Shown here: positions 15,772-38,888 of the stretch, one piece after another
How the letters are laid out: each line of letters opens with the position of its first letter
Numbering within the stretch: position 1 is the first letter of the stretch
Assembly: GCF_009914755.1 (NCBI RefSeq)
Contig: NC_060943.1
DNA: 64,000 nt
Reading direction: 5' to 3' (one strand)
From: the human T2T-CHM13v2.0 reference genome, Homo sapiens
Program-made: the position numbers and the translations under genes
Notes under the pieces: model-generated
Seen by the model: only the letters and a program-made list of their open reading frames with translations
Database searches by the model: none
What the model was told of the DNA's origin: nothing

Positions 15772-16261
15772 TCACTGCCTGTAAGTGATGTAGCTGGAAT
15801 TCGAACACAGGCCATCTGGTTCCACAGTCTACACTGGCTTGCGGCACCTCTCCTGTCCTCCTCCAAGCCCTGATCACAGTCGCCATTAGGAGGGCCTCAC
15901 TGGTGGGAATGCTGGCTCCAGGCCTGCCTCTACCCTGGGAAAGGAAACCACAGGGGAGCGGGGAGTTTTGTTTGCTGTGCAAACAATTCATCCGTGATCC
16001 TCAGAACCTGGCACAAGGTATGTTTGTTGAATGAGGATGCTGATGAACCAGTGGGACAGAGAGCAAACACCTTCACAGGTCTACCGTGAATTTCTCCTTT
16101 CTGCCACGGAGCTTGCTTCTGTTGTTCGTCCTAGGGAAGGATCACCTGAGATTAGGCTGCAGACAGGTGCCCAGTAGGCTAGGCAGAGGCTGTGGCTTCT
16201 CTCTGACTGCGAGAATGGCAGGAGGGCCGTGATGAATGATGGAGAATGTGCCTGTCTGCTA

Positions 16262-16704
<443 letters not shown>

Positions 16705-16825
16705 TCACCCGCGCCATGCTGGAAGCCTGGGAACCGCCTGGGGCCTCCCTCAGCCTGAGAACTGGGGTTTTGCCTGGAAGAGCCTTGTGGGTCGGGGAGG
16801 GGTCAGGATAGAAAGTGATTGTGAA

Positions 16826-17065
16826 TCCACATATTCATTCATCCATCCATTCATTCACCTTTCCACCCATTCATCCATCTATCCATTCATTCATAAAACC
16901 AACCATCTATCCATCTATCCATCCATTCATTCACCTGCTCATCCATTTATCTGTTTACCCATTCATTCATTCATCCATTCACTCGTATTCATTCATCCAA
17001 CCATCCATTTATATACATCCATCCATCTATCCATCCATCCATTCATTCATCTGTCCATCCATCCC
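16826..17065 (+). repeat. (CATC/CATT)n degenerate microsatellite
   Basis: Iterated tccatcca/ttcattca. Confidence 0.92.
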
Positions 17066-17812
17066 TCCCCAAGCTCTACTCCCATTCTGAATTTCATATT
17101 TTACTTAACACTTGTAGAGCTCGCTCTTCTTAGTTGCTTTACAAATATTACCAAAATTCAATCCTTAGAGCCCCATCTCATGGTAGGTACTAACACTAGC
17201 TCCATTCTACAGATGGGAAAACTGAGATACAGAGAAAAGTCAAGTTACCCAAATTCACAGAGCTGGGATTTGGATGCCAGCCTATCAGACTCTCAGCCAC
17301 TATGCTGGGAGGACAAGAGTCACTTCCTTCAGGGTCTCACTCTGCCGCGCAGGCTGGAGTGCAGTGGTGTAATCACGGCGCGATCACTGCTCACTGCAAC
17401 CTCCACCTCCCAGGCTCAAGCCATCCTCTCATTTCAGCTCCCTGAGTAGCTGGGACTACAGGTGCACACCACCACGCCAGGCTAATTTTTGTATTTTTTG
17501 TAGAGACGGGGTTTCACCATGTTGCCCAGGCTGGTCTTGAACTCCTGGGTTGAAGGGATCCACCTGCCTCAGCCTCCCAGAGTACTGTGTTTACAGGCGT
17601 GAGCCATCACACCTGGCCAACATTTTTGGTTTTTTAAGAGACAGGGTCTCAAGCAGTTGTCCAGGCTGGAGTGCAGGGGCATGATCATAGCTCACTGCAT
17701 CTTCAGCCTCCTAGGCTCAAGCAGTTCTCTTGCTTCAGCCTCCGGAGTAGCTGAGACCACAGGTGTGTGCCACCACACCCTGATACTTTTTTTATTTTTA
17801 TTTTTGTTTTGA

Positions 17813-18022
<210 letters not shown>

Positions 18023-18112
18023 TAGTCTCGAACTCCTGACCTCAAGCGATCTTCCCATCTTGGTCTCCCAAAGCGCTGAAATTACAGGTGTGGGCCACCA
18101 TGCCTACCTAAT

Positions 18113-18480
18113 CAACTTTTACTTTTGGAATTATTTTAGGTTTACAGAAAAGTTACAACAATAATACAGAGAGCTCCTGTGTACCTCTCATCCTGCCTTC
18201 CCTGTTATTACATCTTACATAACCATGATACACTTGTCACAACTAAGAAATCAACATCCGTGCATCCATTACTATTAACTAAACTCTAGACTTTATTCAA
18301 ATTCCCCAGTTTTCCCACTTGAGTGCTTTTTCTGTTCCAGAATCTAATGCAGGATCCCACGTTACACTCAGTGGTTATCACATGTCTTTAGACTTATCTG
18401 GTCTATGACGTTTCTGTCTTGTTTTTTCTGACCTTGACAGTTTTGAGGATTACTGGCCAGGGAGTTTTGGAGAATGCCCC
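18113..18480 (-). mobile_element. L1MC-type 3' end fragment
   Basis: ttttaggtttacagaaaagttaca..catcttacataaccat..actattaactaaact..tttctgttccag..caggatcccac. Confidence 0.75.
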
Positions 18481-18612
18481 ACTGGCCTTTTTTTTTTTTT
18501 TTTTTTTAAGAGAGATGGGGATCTCACTATGTTGCCCAGGCTAGACTCAAACTCCTGACCTTAAGTGACCCTCCCACCTAAGCCTCCCAAAGTGGTGGCA
18601 TTACAGACATAA

Positions 18613-18994
<382 letters not shown>

Positions 18995-19694
18995 TGAACT
19001 CCTGAGCTCAAGTAATCCTCCTGCCTCGGCCTCACAAAGTGCTGGGATTACAGGCATGAGACACTGCACCCGTCCCCTAATGGCTTTTGAGGGCAGGAAC
19101 TGTGGCCTCACTTTGCTGGACGTTTCCCCAGCCTGTAACCCAATGCAGTAGCTGCTTCAGACGCTTCCTAAATGAACAAATATTGAATGGCCATCACTGA
19201 GAGCTTTATCTTCCTGTGCTCCCTGTTCCGCAGGCATCCCTGCCAGAGGCTAGATCTAGAAGAGTTCACGGCGAAATAAAAGCTTTTCTCCTTTCAGAAA
19301 GATTTGTTTTTGATCCTTTCTTTGTAGACATCAAGGATTCATTTCTTTAATATTTAAGGGCTTTTGTACCAAAGAGAAGCAGCCGCATTTGCATCAGTCT
19401 CATTTTTTCAAGGCAGGCGAGAGAGATCTTTCTAGCAAGATGGGGTTTCTTCCTTCACGGAGCTGTCACTTGATTTATCTGCTTCTCCTTCCCCAGCCTT
19501 CATGCCTCTGGCAGGGGGCAGGGAAGAGCGAGGGTTCTGGAATGATCCACAGACTCTGATGTCCTCTCTGCCACAGCCCAAGGAAGCTTAATTAGAACCT
19601 CGCCAATTTGCTGGGACTGAGGTGGCCTTAGGAGCTGGTGCAGGGGCCTGGCCGGGGATGAAGATGAATTAGCAGCTTTTTTTTTTTTTTTTGA

Positions 19695-19955
<261 letters not shown>

Positions 19956-20985
19956 TGAGCCACTGCACCTGGCCTGAATTAGCAGTTTTATTTCCTGTCC
20001 CTCTGAATAGCTCAATAGCTACCACGGGGACCAAAAGCCTGCCTTGGGTACACAGAGCATGTCCCTTTTCTAACATTAGCTGGTCAGAAGTGGGAATCCC
20101 TTTAGCCATGCAGGCCTGCAGGTCTCACTGCTTTTTATTTCTCAGCCCCAGGAGGCCAAGCTGAAGGCAGAGAATCTAAAGAAGCTGTCTTCAGCGAGGT
20201 CATCTCCCCGCCACCGAGGTCCCTACTGCTGGGAGACACTGGCCCCAATTTAATCTCTTGCCTGAAGTTTTTCAGACGTAAAAATGAGCCTGGGTGAGCT
20301 TTTCAGATAGTTCCTTCAACTTACAGGAATTCAATTTCTGGCCTGGATATAAATTTGCAGCCATCAGCGCCCGTGGTAGGGGCTGGGGCTGGGCGCTTTG
20401 GCCGGGGATGGATTTCTGAAATCAATCCGTCAGCGTGTGGAAAAGGTCGCCATGGGGGACATTTAACTTCCATGGCTGGCTGAGGCATTTCACACCGATA
20501 GCCAGGGACACCCCTATACAAAATGGAAGTGTTTGCTGCGAGTCCCCCAGGCAGCGGCTGGAGGGAGGCCTCGAAGGCTGGACAGCACAGCCAGGAGGTG
20601 ACATTGATCAACCTGCCAATAACAGACAGCCAGGTACCAGGACTCCTGAAAACCCACCTCCAAGGGCTCTTTCCTGCTAGGTCCCCATGCGCCCCTGCGG
20701 GTGGCAAGTCCACTCTGGGTCCAAACCCTTTATCCCTTGGCTACACCTCCAACACACATTCCAGGGTTTCAAAGAAATGAGTCTCAAATGCATTCAATTC
20801 CCCCAGTGGAGGTGGGAGGACGTGGTCATTAAGGGTCTCCTAGGTTCGAGCCTCAGGTCTGCCGTGTGACCTTGGGCTACTGACTTAACCATCCTGTGCC
20901 TCCGTTCCCCCAGTTAGAGTATATAGCTAAGAATAGTACTGATGTCATGAGGTGGTTGTTAATATATCAGAATGGCTTAACGTAA

Positions 20986-22366
<1,381 letters not shown>

Positions 22367-22519
22367 CATACGCAACGTGATATTCAAGGGAGTGTGACAG
22401 AATTGCCTATGGAATAAAAATAAGCAAATCGGTGCTGACTGGGAACACAGAAAGGTGGGCTGGACCATCTGAGCTTCAATCTTGGCTCTGTGTTACCCTG
22501 GACAAGTGACTCTCTCTGA

Positions 22520-22742
<223 letters not shown>

Positions 22743-23033
22743 TGATGAGATGACCCTGTCGGCATTTTGAGGCTCCAGCGAGCTAATACAACGGAAGTGC
22801 TTCAAGCCCTGGTTCAGAGAGAGTGCTCAGGAAATACCAGTGGCTGTTTTCCAGATAGGACAGCACCCTCCACAGCTTCCCCACATTCACAGATAAGCAA
22901 GGAAGAAAGAAAAAGGAAGAGGCAATTATAACAGGGTGTGATAAGTGCCACGATGCAGGGAAGCACAGAACACTGGAAGACCTGGGCTCTATCTCTGGGC
23001 TCCAGAGCCTGAATTTTTTGTTTGCTTGTTTGA

Positions 23034-23135
<102 letters not shown>

Positions 23136-23139
23136 TGAG

Positions 23140-23828
<689 letters not shown>

Positions 23829-24789
23829 CTGGGACTCCAGGTGTGCGCCACCACGCCTGGCTAAGTTTTTTAATTTTTAAAAATTATATTTAAATTTTTA
23901 AGAGCCTGGGCTATGTTGCCCAGGCTGGTCTTGAACTCTCTTTTTTTTGTCTTTTGAGGTGGAGTCTCACTCTGTCACCCAGGCTAGAGTGCAGAGGCAA
24001 GATCTCGGCTCACTGCAACCTCCGTCTCCTGGGTTCAAGTGAGTCTCCTGGCTCAGCCTCCTGAGTAGCTGGGACTACAGGTGCACACCACCATGCCTGG
24101 CTAATTTTTGTATTTTTAGTAGAGACAAGGTTTCATCATGTTGGCCAGGCTGGTCTCGAACTCCTGACCTCAGGTGATCTGCCCACCTCAGCCTCCTAAA
24201 GTGCTGGGGTTACAGGCATAAGCCACTGGGCCCGGTCTGGTCTTAAACTGTTGAGCTCAAGTGATCCTCCCACCTCGGCCTCCCAAAGTGCCAGGATTAC
24301 AGATGCGAGCCACTGTGCCTGGCCCAGAGCCTGGTTTTGAGGGTGTAGCAATGGCCTTCTGGAAGATGCAATAGCTAAGTTTACGGATGTAGGAGCGAGA
24401 GTCAGCATGGGCAAAGGCAGGGAGGGCAGAGCATCCGTTCATCCCAGAAATATTTACTGAGCACCCACTATGTGCCAGGCACTGTTCTAGGTACTGGGGT
24501 CACTACTGTCCAGGAGACGCGCAGACATCCCCAACCTCATAAAGCTTCTGCTCTAGTAGGAAGACGCATGGCAAACAGAGGAACCTGAAAGTTGTTTAAT
24601 GAGGAGTTGGGGCCAGGTGTGATGGGGCACACCTGTAATCCCAGCACTTTAGGAGGCTAAGGTGGGAGGATCACTTGTGACCAGGTGTTTGAGGTTGCAG
24701 TGAGCTGTGATCACACCACTGCACTCCAACCTGAGCAAGAGAGCGAGACCCCATCTCTAAAAATAAATAAATAATACAAATAAATAAAA

Positions 24790-24998
24790 GAGGAGATGAA
24801 GACACACACATAGGAAAAGACCACGTGAAGATACAGTAAGAAGGTGGCCACCTGCAAGCCAATGAGAGAGGCCTCAAAAGAAACTAATGCTTTGATTTCA
24901 GACTTCAAGCCTCTAGGATTGTGAGAAATTAAATTTCTGTTGTTTAAGCCACCCAGCCCAAAGCACTTCATGACAGCAGACCTAGTAAACAAACACAC
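24790..24998 (+). mobile_element. MLT1 (MaLR) LTR 3' fragment
   Basis: gaaggtggccacctgcaagcc..agagaggcctca..tgtgagaaattaaatttctgttgtttaagccacccag. Confidence 0.8.
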
Positions 24999-25589
24999 GT
25001 TTCTGCAGCTTTGGCGCTCTCTCTGTGGCCTGGGGGTAGCAATAGCTCCTCTCAGCTGCAGACCCAAGGATTTTCTGAGACAGAGTCTTGCTCTGTCACC
25101 CAGGCTGGAGTGCAGTGACGCCATGTAGGCTCACTGCAGCCTCTGCCTCCCAGGTTCAAGCAATTCTCCTGCCTCAGCCTCCCAAGCAGCTGAATTTACA
25201 GGCACCTACTACCACACCCGGCAAATTTTTGTATTTTTAGTAGAGACGGGGTTTTGCCATGTTGGCCAGCTGGCCTCAAACTCCTGACCTCAAGTGATCT
25301 GCCTGCCTCGGCCTCCCAAAGTGCTGGGATTACAGGCATGAGCCACTGTGCCCGGCAACCCCAGGGATTTTCAACATCCCTTTGTTCCTTCTATTAACCT
25401 TGCCCACATCTCTGAAAACAGTCATTTCATTCCAGAGAATTGTCCTCTGGAATCCCTTTTGAAGGAACTATGCTTTTTCCTGGGACCCTGCCCTATACAG
25501 TGATGCCCTATACAGTAGCCTGGCCGGGCAGGGCTACTGAGAGATGGACTCTAAGATGGACTCAAGGGTAGGAAACTTCCAAGGGCGTG

Positions 25590-26916
<1,327 letters not shown>

Positions 26917-27010
26917 TTAAAAAATAAGCTGGGCATGGTGGTGCATGCCTATAGCCTCAGCACCTCGGGAGGCTGAGGTGGGAGGATTGTTTGAGCTCAG
27001 GAGTGAGCTA

Positions 27011-27223
<213 letters not shown>

Positions 27224-28140
27224 TTAGCCAGGAGTGGTGACAAGTGCCTGTAGTCCCAGCTACTTGGGAGGCTGAGGCAGGAGAATCACTTGAATCCGGG
27301 GGTGGAGGTTACAGTGAGCCGAGATCGCACCACTGAACTCCAGCCTGGGTGACAAGAGCGAGACTCCATCTCAAAAAAAAAAAAAAAGGATGTGGCCAAG
27401 GAGATCATGAAAGGTGAACTGGCCAGGGCAAAACACAGGCAAAAATCCAACAAATTCCAGGTAAGCATATCCAGGCTGACTCAGCCCATCCCTCTGGGTA
27501 AGCCCAAGACTTTCAGATGAATCAATCTCAGAGGCAGAAAACAGCTCCAGCCTAGAGGCAGGCACGTCCTCTGCTTGGAGGGGAGGGGGTAGTGGCGGCC
27601 ACCTGGGTCACCGGAGACCTTTGTTAGCGAGAATGGGCTGCTTAAAGGGAAATCAATCCTGGCTAAGCACTGAGCAGCTGCTCCCAGTCAAAGCTGCCGG
27701 AGAGAGGCCCGTGGCCCCCCAGCTTCTCCAGGGCTGGGAGTGGAGCCAGAGGAGGCTGAAGACTGCTCTGCCAGATGGCAGGACTCAGAGGGCCTTCAAT
27801 CAGCCTGCATTGTACCCGCCAGCGCCTGTATCCATCCCCGGCTGAGCACGCACTTCAGTATCACCTCTAGCCATGGCATGCACCAAAGAGCAGCATCCAG
27901 CAAGTGATAACATCTTCACCAGTTTAGTCAAGCATTGCCCGTGTGCCAGGCATTTTGCATGCACGATGTGTGCACGGGGGACCTCATCGCACCACCTCCT
28001 AGCCATGACCTCAGACAAGTGACTTAAGCCTCATGGTGCGCCAGTTTCCCCATCTGTAAAACGAGGTGAACAGCAGCATCCCCCTCTTAGGGCAGTCACG
28101 GAGGTTGAACGAATGCCTGCGCACACAGAGCTTAAAATCA

Positions 28141-28266
<126 letters not shown>

Positions 28267-28323
28267 CTAACAAAAATACATAGATTAGCCAGGCATGGTG
28301 GTGCGCACCTGTAGTCCCAGCTA

Positions 28324-28747
<424 letters not shown>

Positions 28748-29619
28748 CTACAGCTAGGACTCGCCAGTTCTAGGCATTCTTCAGAGCTCACAGCAAACAC
28801 CACCACCTCCAGGAAGCCTTCTCCATCATCTAAGATAGGTCTGTGTTCCTTCCTGTGCACATCTCCACAGCTCCCTGCCCCTTCCCTCCACAAAGTTCTT
28901 ATATTTTATTCTTTTCCTTGCATGGTGGGTGTCTGCATGCCCCATTAGGATGTGAGCTCCAAAAGGGCAGGGCTGAGTCTGTCTTCTTCCATGCTATGGT
29001 CCCAACACCAGCAGATGCTGGAGACAATGGACAGGCATCAAGATATGAATGAATGAATGAATGCTTCCTGTACACTCCAAGTTTTCCATGTGACCCCTTC
29101 CTCCCCGACTCCCCAACACCCTCTGTCTGCTCTCTTCCTCCTTCCTCTCCCATCACAGGGTGGATACAGGGGCTCTGGGTTTTGAAGCGGTCATGGAGTC
29201 AAAGGTAGTTGAGTGTAGCTGTGAAGCACATGGACCCTGGAGGCCGACAACTTGAACTTCAAAACCTGGCTTCTCTTTCTAGCTGTGTGACCATGGGAAA
29301 GTGACTTAACCTCTCTGTGCCTCACTTTCTCCACCTGCAAAATGGGAGTGATATTAGTGCCTTACTGTTGAGTGAGTGATTCTGACCCATTCCCAGACTG
29401 CAATTCCCAGACTGGGAGGCAGAGGGCTGAGTCTCCGGCAGTTAATGAATCCGGAAAAAATCTCAGCTGTGTCAGAGGAGCCCCAGTGCCAAGTTGGCCT
29501 GGTTTTCATCCCAAGAGAGCTGAGAACAGGGTCTGGTGTCAGACATCCACGCTGTGATTGGCACAAATGCCTGGTGCTCCTATGACCCCCCTCGTTAGGG
29601 CTGGGGGAGTGTGGGAGAT

Positions 29620-30330
<711 letters not shown>

Positions 30331-30388
30331 GGGGGAAATGATGAACATTCAACCTAAGAGGGTTTTTGTTTTTGTTTTTGTTTTTTGA

Positions 30389-30607
<219 letters not shown>

Positions 30608-30908
30608 TGATCTGCCCACCTTGGCCTCCCAACATGTTGGTATTACCGCACTGGGCCCTAAGAGGGTATTTATGTCAGTGTCCCTTCAGGTTCACATTCA
30701 CACCCCGGCACCGAGTTCTGTCATTCCCACCTAAATAGGCAATCCATCCTGCACAACCCCGAAAGCAGCCCTCACTTCGAAATGCATCCTCGATTCTGCC
30801 CAGTCTGCCTCGTCCACATGTGCAGCCCCTGTCATGCTCCAGGACCATGCCTGATGCATTTTTCCGCACCTTACATTCATCTCGTTTCTTTTTCTTTCTT
30901 TTTTTTAA

Positions 30909-31022
<114 letters not shown>

Positions 31023-31266
31023 TAGTGGAGACAAGGTTTCACCATGTTGGCCAGGCTGGTCTCAAACTCCTGACCTCAGGTGATCCGCCTGCCTCGGCCT
31101 CCCAGTGTTGGGATTACAGGTGTGAGCCACCGTGCCTGGCCTCATATTATTTCTTGTCTGTCGCTCTCATATGTACACTCCCCAAAGGGCAGGAATTTTT
31201 ATCACTTTGTTCATTGCTGTGTCCTCAAAACAGAACAGTGCCTGGCACGCAGCAGGTGTTCAATAA

Positions 31267-31575
<309 letters not shown>

Positions 31576-32384
31576 TGATCCACTTGCCTCGGCCTCCCAA
31601 AGTGTTGGGATTACAGGCATGAACCACCGCACCGCCCACCCTCTCTTTCTCTTATACCAATGCATCAGCCTTACCTTTAGAATCTACCCATTGCTCTACC
31701 CTCTTGATGGCCATCTCCATGGTCAAGCCCCTGGCATTGCTCACCTGAACCAGCAGAGTTCATCCCTTCCATGGTCTCCCAGTTCCCCCTACTTGCCCCC
31801 ACAGTCTGCTTCCCCCACAGCAGCCAGAGAGCACCTGTGAACACCTGAATCACACTGAGTCTCTCCCGTGCTGAGAACCCTCCATGGCTCCCATCTCCCC
31901 TGAGTTAAAAGCCCAAATCCTCAGCCAAGCGTGATTACACCTGTAATCCCAGTATTTTGAGGCCAGAGGATCACTTGAGCCCAGGAGTTTGAGACCAGCC
32001 TAGGCAACATAGTGAGACCCCATCTCTACAAAAAATTAAAAAATAAGCCGGAAGTGGTGGCATGTGTCTGTAGTCCCTTCTACACAGGAGGCTGAAGTGG
32101 GAGGATCGCTTGAGCCTGGGAGGTCGAGGCTGTGGTGAGCCATGATCTCTCCTTGTCTCAAAGTAGAGTTCTCCCCAAGGCACGTAACTCCTTCACAATC
32201 TGTCCCATCACCTCCCTGCCCTCACTTCCTTCCACTCTCCCTCTCACTCACTCTGTTCCAGCCACACTGTTCCTGCAAAACCCCAAACATATTTCTTCTA
32301 TATCACCTCTTTGCACTGGCTATCCCCTCTGCCTGAAATGTCCTTCCACCTCCTTCAGACCCTTACTGAAATGTCATTGTCTCA

Positions 32385-32516
<132 letters not shown>

Positions 32517-33041
32517 CTACTAAAAATACAAAAATTAGCCGGGTGTGGTGGTGCGTGCCTGTAATCCCAGCTACTCGGGAGGCTGAGGCAGGAGAATCGC
32601 TTGAGCCTGGGGGGGCGGAGGTTGCGGTGAGCTGAGATCATGCGACTACACTCCAGTCTGGGCGACAGTGAGACCTTACCTCAAAAAAAAAAAAAACAAA
32701 AAACAAACCTTCCCTGATCTCCCCTGGCCAGAACTACAAGTGCCCCAGCACCCCCCATCCACTTCCCTACTCCATCTGCTTCCGCCACATCATTTATGCA
32801 TTAATTTTGCAAATTATCTTTCTTCCCCTCCAGAACGTCAGGCAGGAGTTTTTACCTGTTTTTGTTCACTGCTGTGTTGCCAGCACTTAAAATAGATCAT
32901 CTTGCACACAACAGGCACCTGGTATCCATTTGTTATTTTTAAAACTCTGCCGGGCACGGTGGCTCACGCCTGTAATCCCAGCACTTTGGGAGGCCGAGGC
33001 GGGCGGATCACAAGGTCAGGAGATCGAGACCATCCTGGCTA

Positions 33042-33494
<453 letters not shown>

Positions 33495-33542
33495 TCAATC
33501 TCCCAGGCTCAAGCAATCCTCCCACCTCAGCCTCCCAAGTAG

Positions 33543-33740
<198 letters not shown>

Positions 33741-34679
33741 TGAGTGGCTGCATCAGCCCGAATGTGGACAGAGGAGGATGCATTCAGGCTCATTTTGCAT
33801 CGGGGTGTCTGTGAGTGGAAGGGAGGCAGTGGGCCAGACCCAGGCAGGTGTGAACACGTGTCTGTGTGTTCGGCTGGGTATGAATGCGTGTGTGTGCGCC
33901 AATGCACTGGCGGATGGGAAATTGTGCATCCACAGTGAAGCTGTGTGTATGTGTGTGAAGGGGAGGCTCTGTGAGCCTTGGATGGGGCTGGAGCTGCAGT
34001 TGAAGCAATGTTGTGGGTGAGGGAAGAACCCCACCAGCCACAGGCCTGTTATTTATAGACGAATCCTGGTTCATAAATTCCAATTTTTTTTTTTTTTATA
34101 TCTGCCTCACTGCCAGGCCCCTATAAATATTCATGAGTTTCCTGCCTTGGAATATTTGAGTAGTCAGAAGGAGGAGCGGGGAGGAGAGGGGACAACGAAG
34201 GGTCCCCAGTGGCGCTGGGAGCTCACACGGGTCGGGAGGACAGGGGTCTCTCTGGTTTTGCCTTCTCTTCCCTCTGGGCTCCCCTCTTCCAAGCTGCAGC
34301 TGGCAAGACGGGGAAGGCGCTGGGCTGGTGGAGACATCTACCAGCACCTATTATTCTTCTTCCCCAGTGTCTGTGGAAAAATACCACCCACTCCGGGGGC
34401 AGAGAAGGTGTCCGCACTGTTTTCTCAGCTCCAGCTCTAGCTGCAGCTCAGAAACTCATTACCCCTGGGACCCCCAGCTCAACAGAGACAGGGAGATCCC
34501 TCTGATGTATCTGAAGCTAAGGGAAGACTCTGAGGGGAGGGGGCGGGCACTGTGGCCTCCTGCCCTGCCTCAAGGAAGGAAACAGGTCATGAGAATGGGT
34601 GCCCGTGAGAAGGAATAAAGTGCGTGCATGTGGACGTGTCTACAGGAGTGAGTAACTGTTGGAACATGTAAGAGACTGC

Positions 34680-35968
<1,289 letters not shown>

Positions 35969-35974
35969 AGAGCC

Positions 35975-36430
35975 AGTGAGTGTGTGAGACTGAGGTGTGG
36001 CACGTCTGTGTCTACATGATCAAGAACACACATGAGCAGGTAGCTATATATAGGTTTATGTGTGTGAGCATCAGCAAGTGTATAAAACTATGCATATGAA
36101 TGTATAAAACAGGATGGTGTCAGATGATAGATAAGTGAGAAAACTCCAGGGACACTGTTCTCCGAGAACACCATGACCCTGGAGTCGGGCACTATTGCAG
36201 ATGTGAAACTGGCATAGTGAGGAGGGCTATGTCTGAGTGTGCCAGTTGGCTGTGTTTGTAAGACTGTGATGTGGTCTGTACGTGTGTGTGCCAGGGTTTG
36301 GGGTGTCAATGTGCATGTCTGTGCCACGTGTTGCTGTGTATCTGAGGCACGTGCATGGGTTGGTGTGACTGTGTGTGTGCATGTGTGTATCTGCTGCTGT
36401 GTGGATATGTGATACCCTGGGTGTGACAGC
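35975..36430 (+). repeat. TG-rich low-complexity sequence (a similar patch lies at about 33715-33960)
   Basis: Dispersed tgtgtg/tgcatgtg runs. Confidence 0.7.
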
Positions 36431-37056
36431 CTATATGGAGTGGGGGCATCACTCAAGTCTGTATCAGAGTACATACAGCCAACACCACAGGGAGGGACAT
36501 CCACCCTGGGCATCCCTAGTGCTGTTGGCTCATGGGCCTGACCTGGCTCAACCTTGGATCCTAGGATGACCTGGCATTGGGAAATAAAATTCTGGCTGTG
36601 TGCGGTGCCTCACGCCTGTAATCCCAGCACTTTGGGAGGCCAAGGTGGGTGGATCACTTGAGGCCAGGAGTTCGAGACCAGCCTGGCCAACATGGCAAAA
36701 CCCTGTCTCTACTAAAAATACGAAAATTAGCTAGGCTTGGTGGCGGGTGCCTGTAGTTCCAGCTACTCAGGAGGCTGAGGTGGGAGAATCACTTGAGCCC
36801 AGGAGGCAGATGACGCCACTGCACTCCAGCCTGGGTGACAGAGCAAGACTCTGTGTCAAATCAAATCAAATAAAAATAAAATTCTCATCCCCTCATGAGT
36901 CCTGGGACATTCCAAGTCATCTGCAATGGCCATTCATCCCAGAGGCACTCGACAGTTTGGGTGACGCGGCTCAACAAGTAGGGAGAGCAAACCTGTTCTC
37001 CCACAACTTCTCTAAGATAAGCCCATTTTCTGGTTCTCTCCTCACAAGGTTCTGGT

Positions 37057-37687
<631 letters not shown>

Positions 37688-38474
37688 TGAACCCCCCGTC
37701 TTGGAACCTGAGCTGAGCCTGGTCTATCTCAGTACCTGGGTACACCCTGCCCTAGTAGAACGTTCACAATCAGGTGAGGATTTCATGGCAGAAATTTCCC
37801 CTTCCTGGGCACCTTCTCACGTGTGGAGCACTTCTCTTAAAGTGTTTGGGGCCTCTTGGGTGAACGTCTACTGCAAATGATTGCTGTGTCTCAGGATTAA
37901 TGAGGGTAAGGGGATTTCATTTCTCCAACGCCATCATGTAAAATTCATTAAAGCAGAGTTCGCAGGTCTATTTCAAGGATTATTACCAGGGTTTCTTGAT
38001 GAGCTATTACACACAGCATAAATCTTCAAGAGGTTTCAAGACGTTACAAGAACCATCCTGAGTCTCACCTCATAGATACTAGAGTTGAACATCCCTCTAT
38101 CTGAGCTCTCCCCAGCCTCAGACACCAAACCTCAGGTCAGGAGTTCAGGAGAGAGCATTCAAGAGGGTTTTCTTGGTCGGGCATGGTGGCTCACTCCTGT
38201 AATCCCAGCAACTTTGGGAGGCCAAGGCGGATGGATCACTTGAGGCCAGGAGTTCGAGACCAGCCTGGCCAACATGGTGAAACCCCATATCTACTAAAAA
38301 TACAAAAATTAGCCGGCCGTGGTGGCGCACGCCTGTAATCCCAGCTACTCAGGAGGCTGAGGCAGGAGAACCACTTGAACCCGGGAAGGGGAGGTTGCAG
38401 TGAGCAGAGATCATGGTAACATGTGCTAAACAGGAAGGGTCAAAACCTGCTGTCACCTGAGCCCAGGTAAGTCA

Positions 38475-38888
<414 letters not shown>

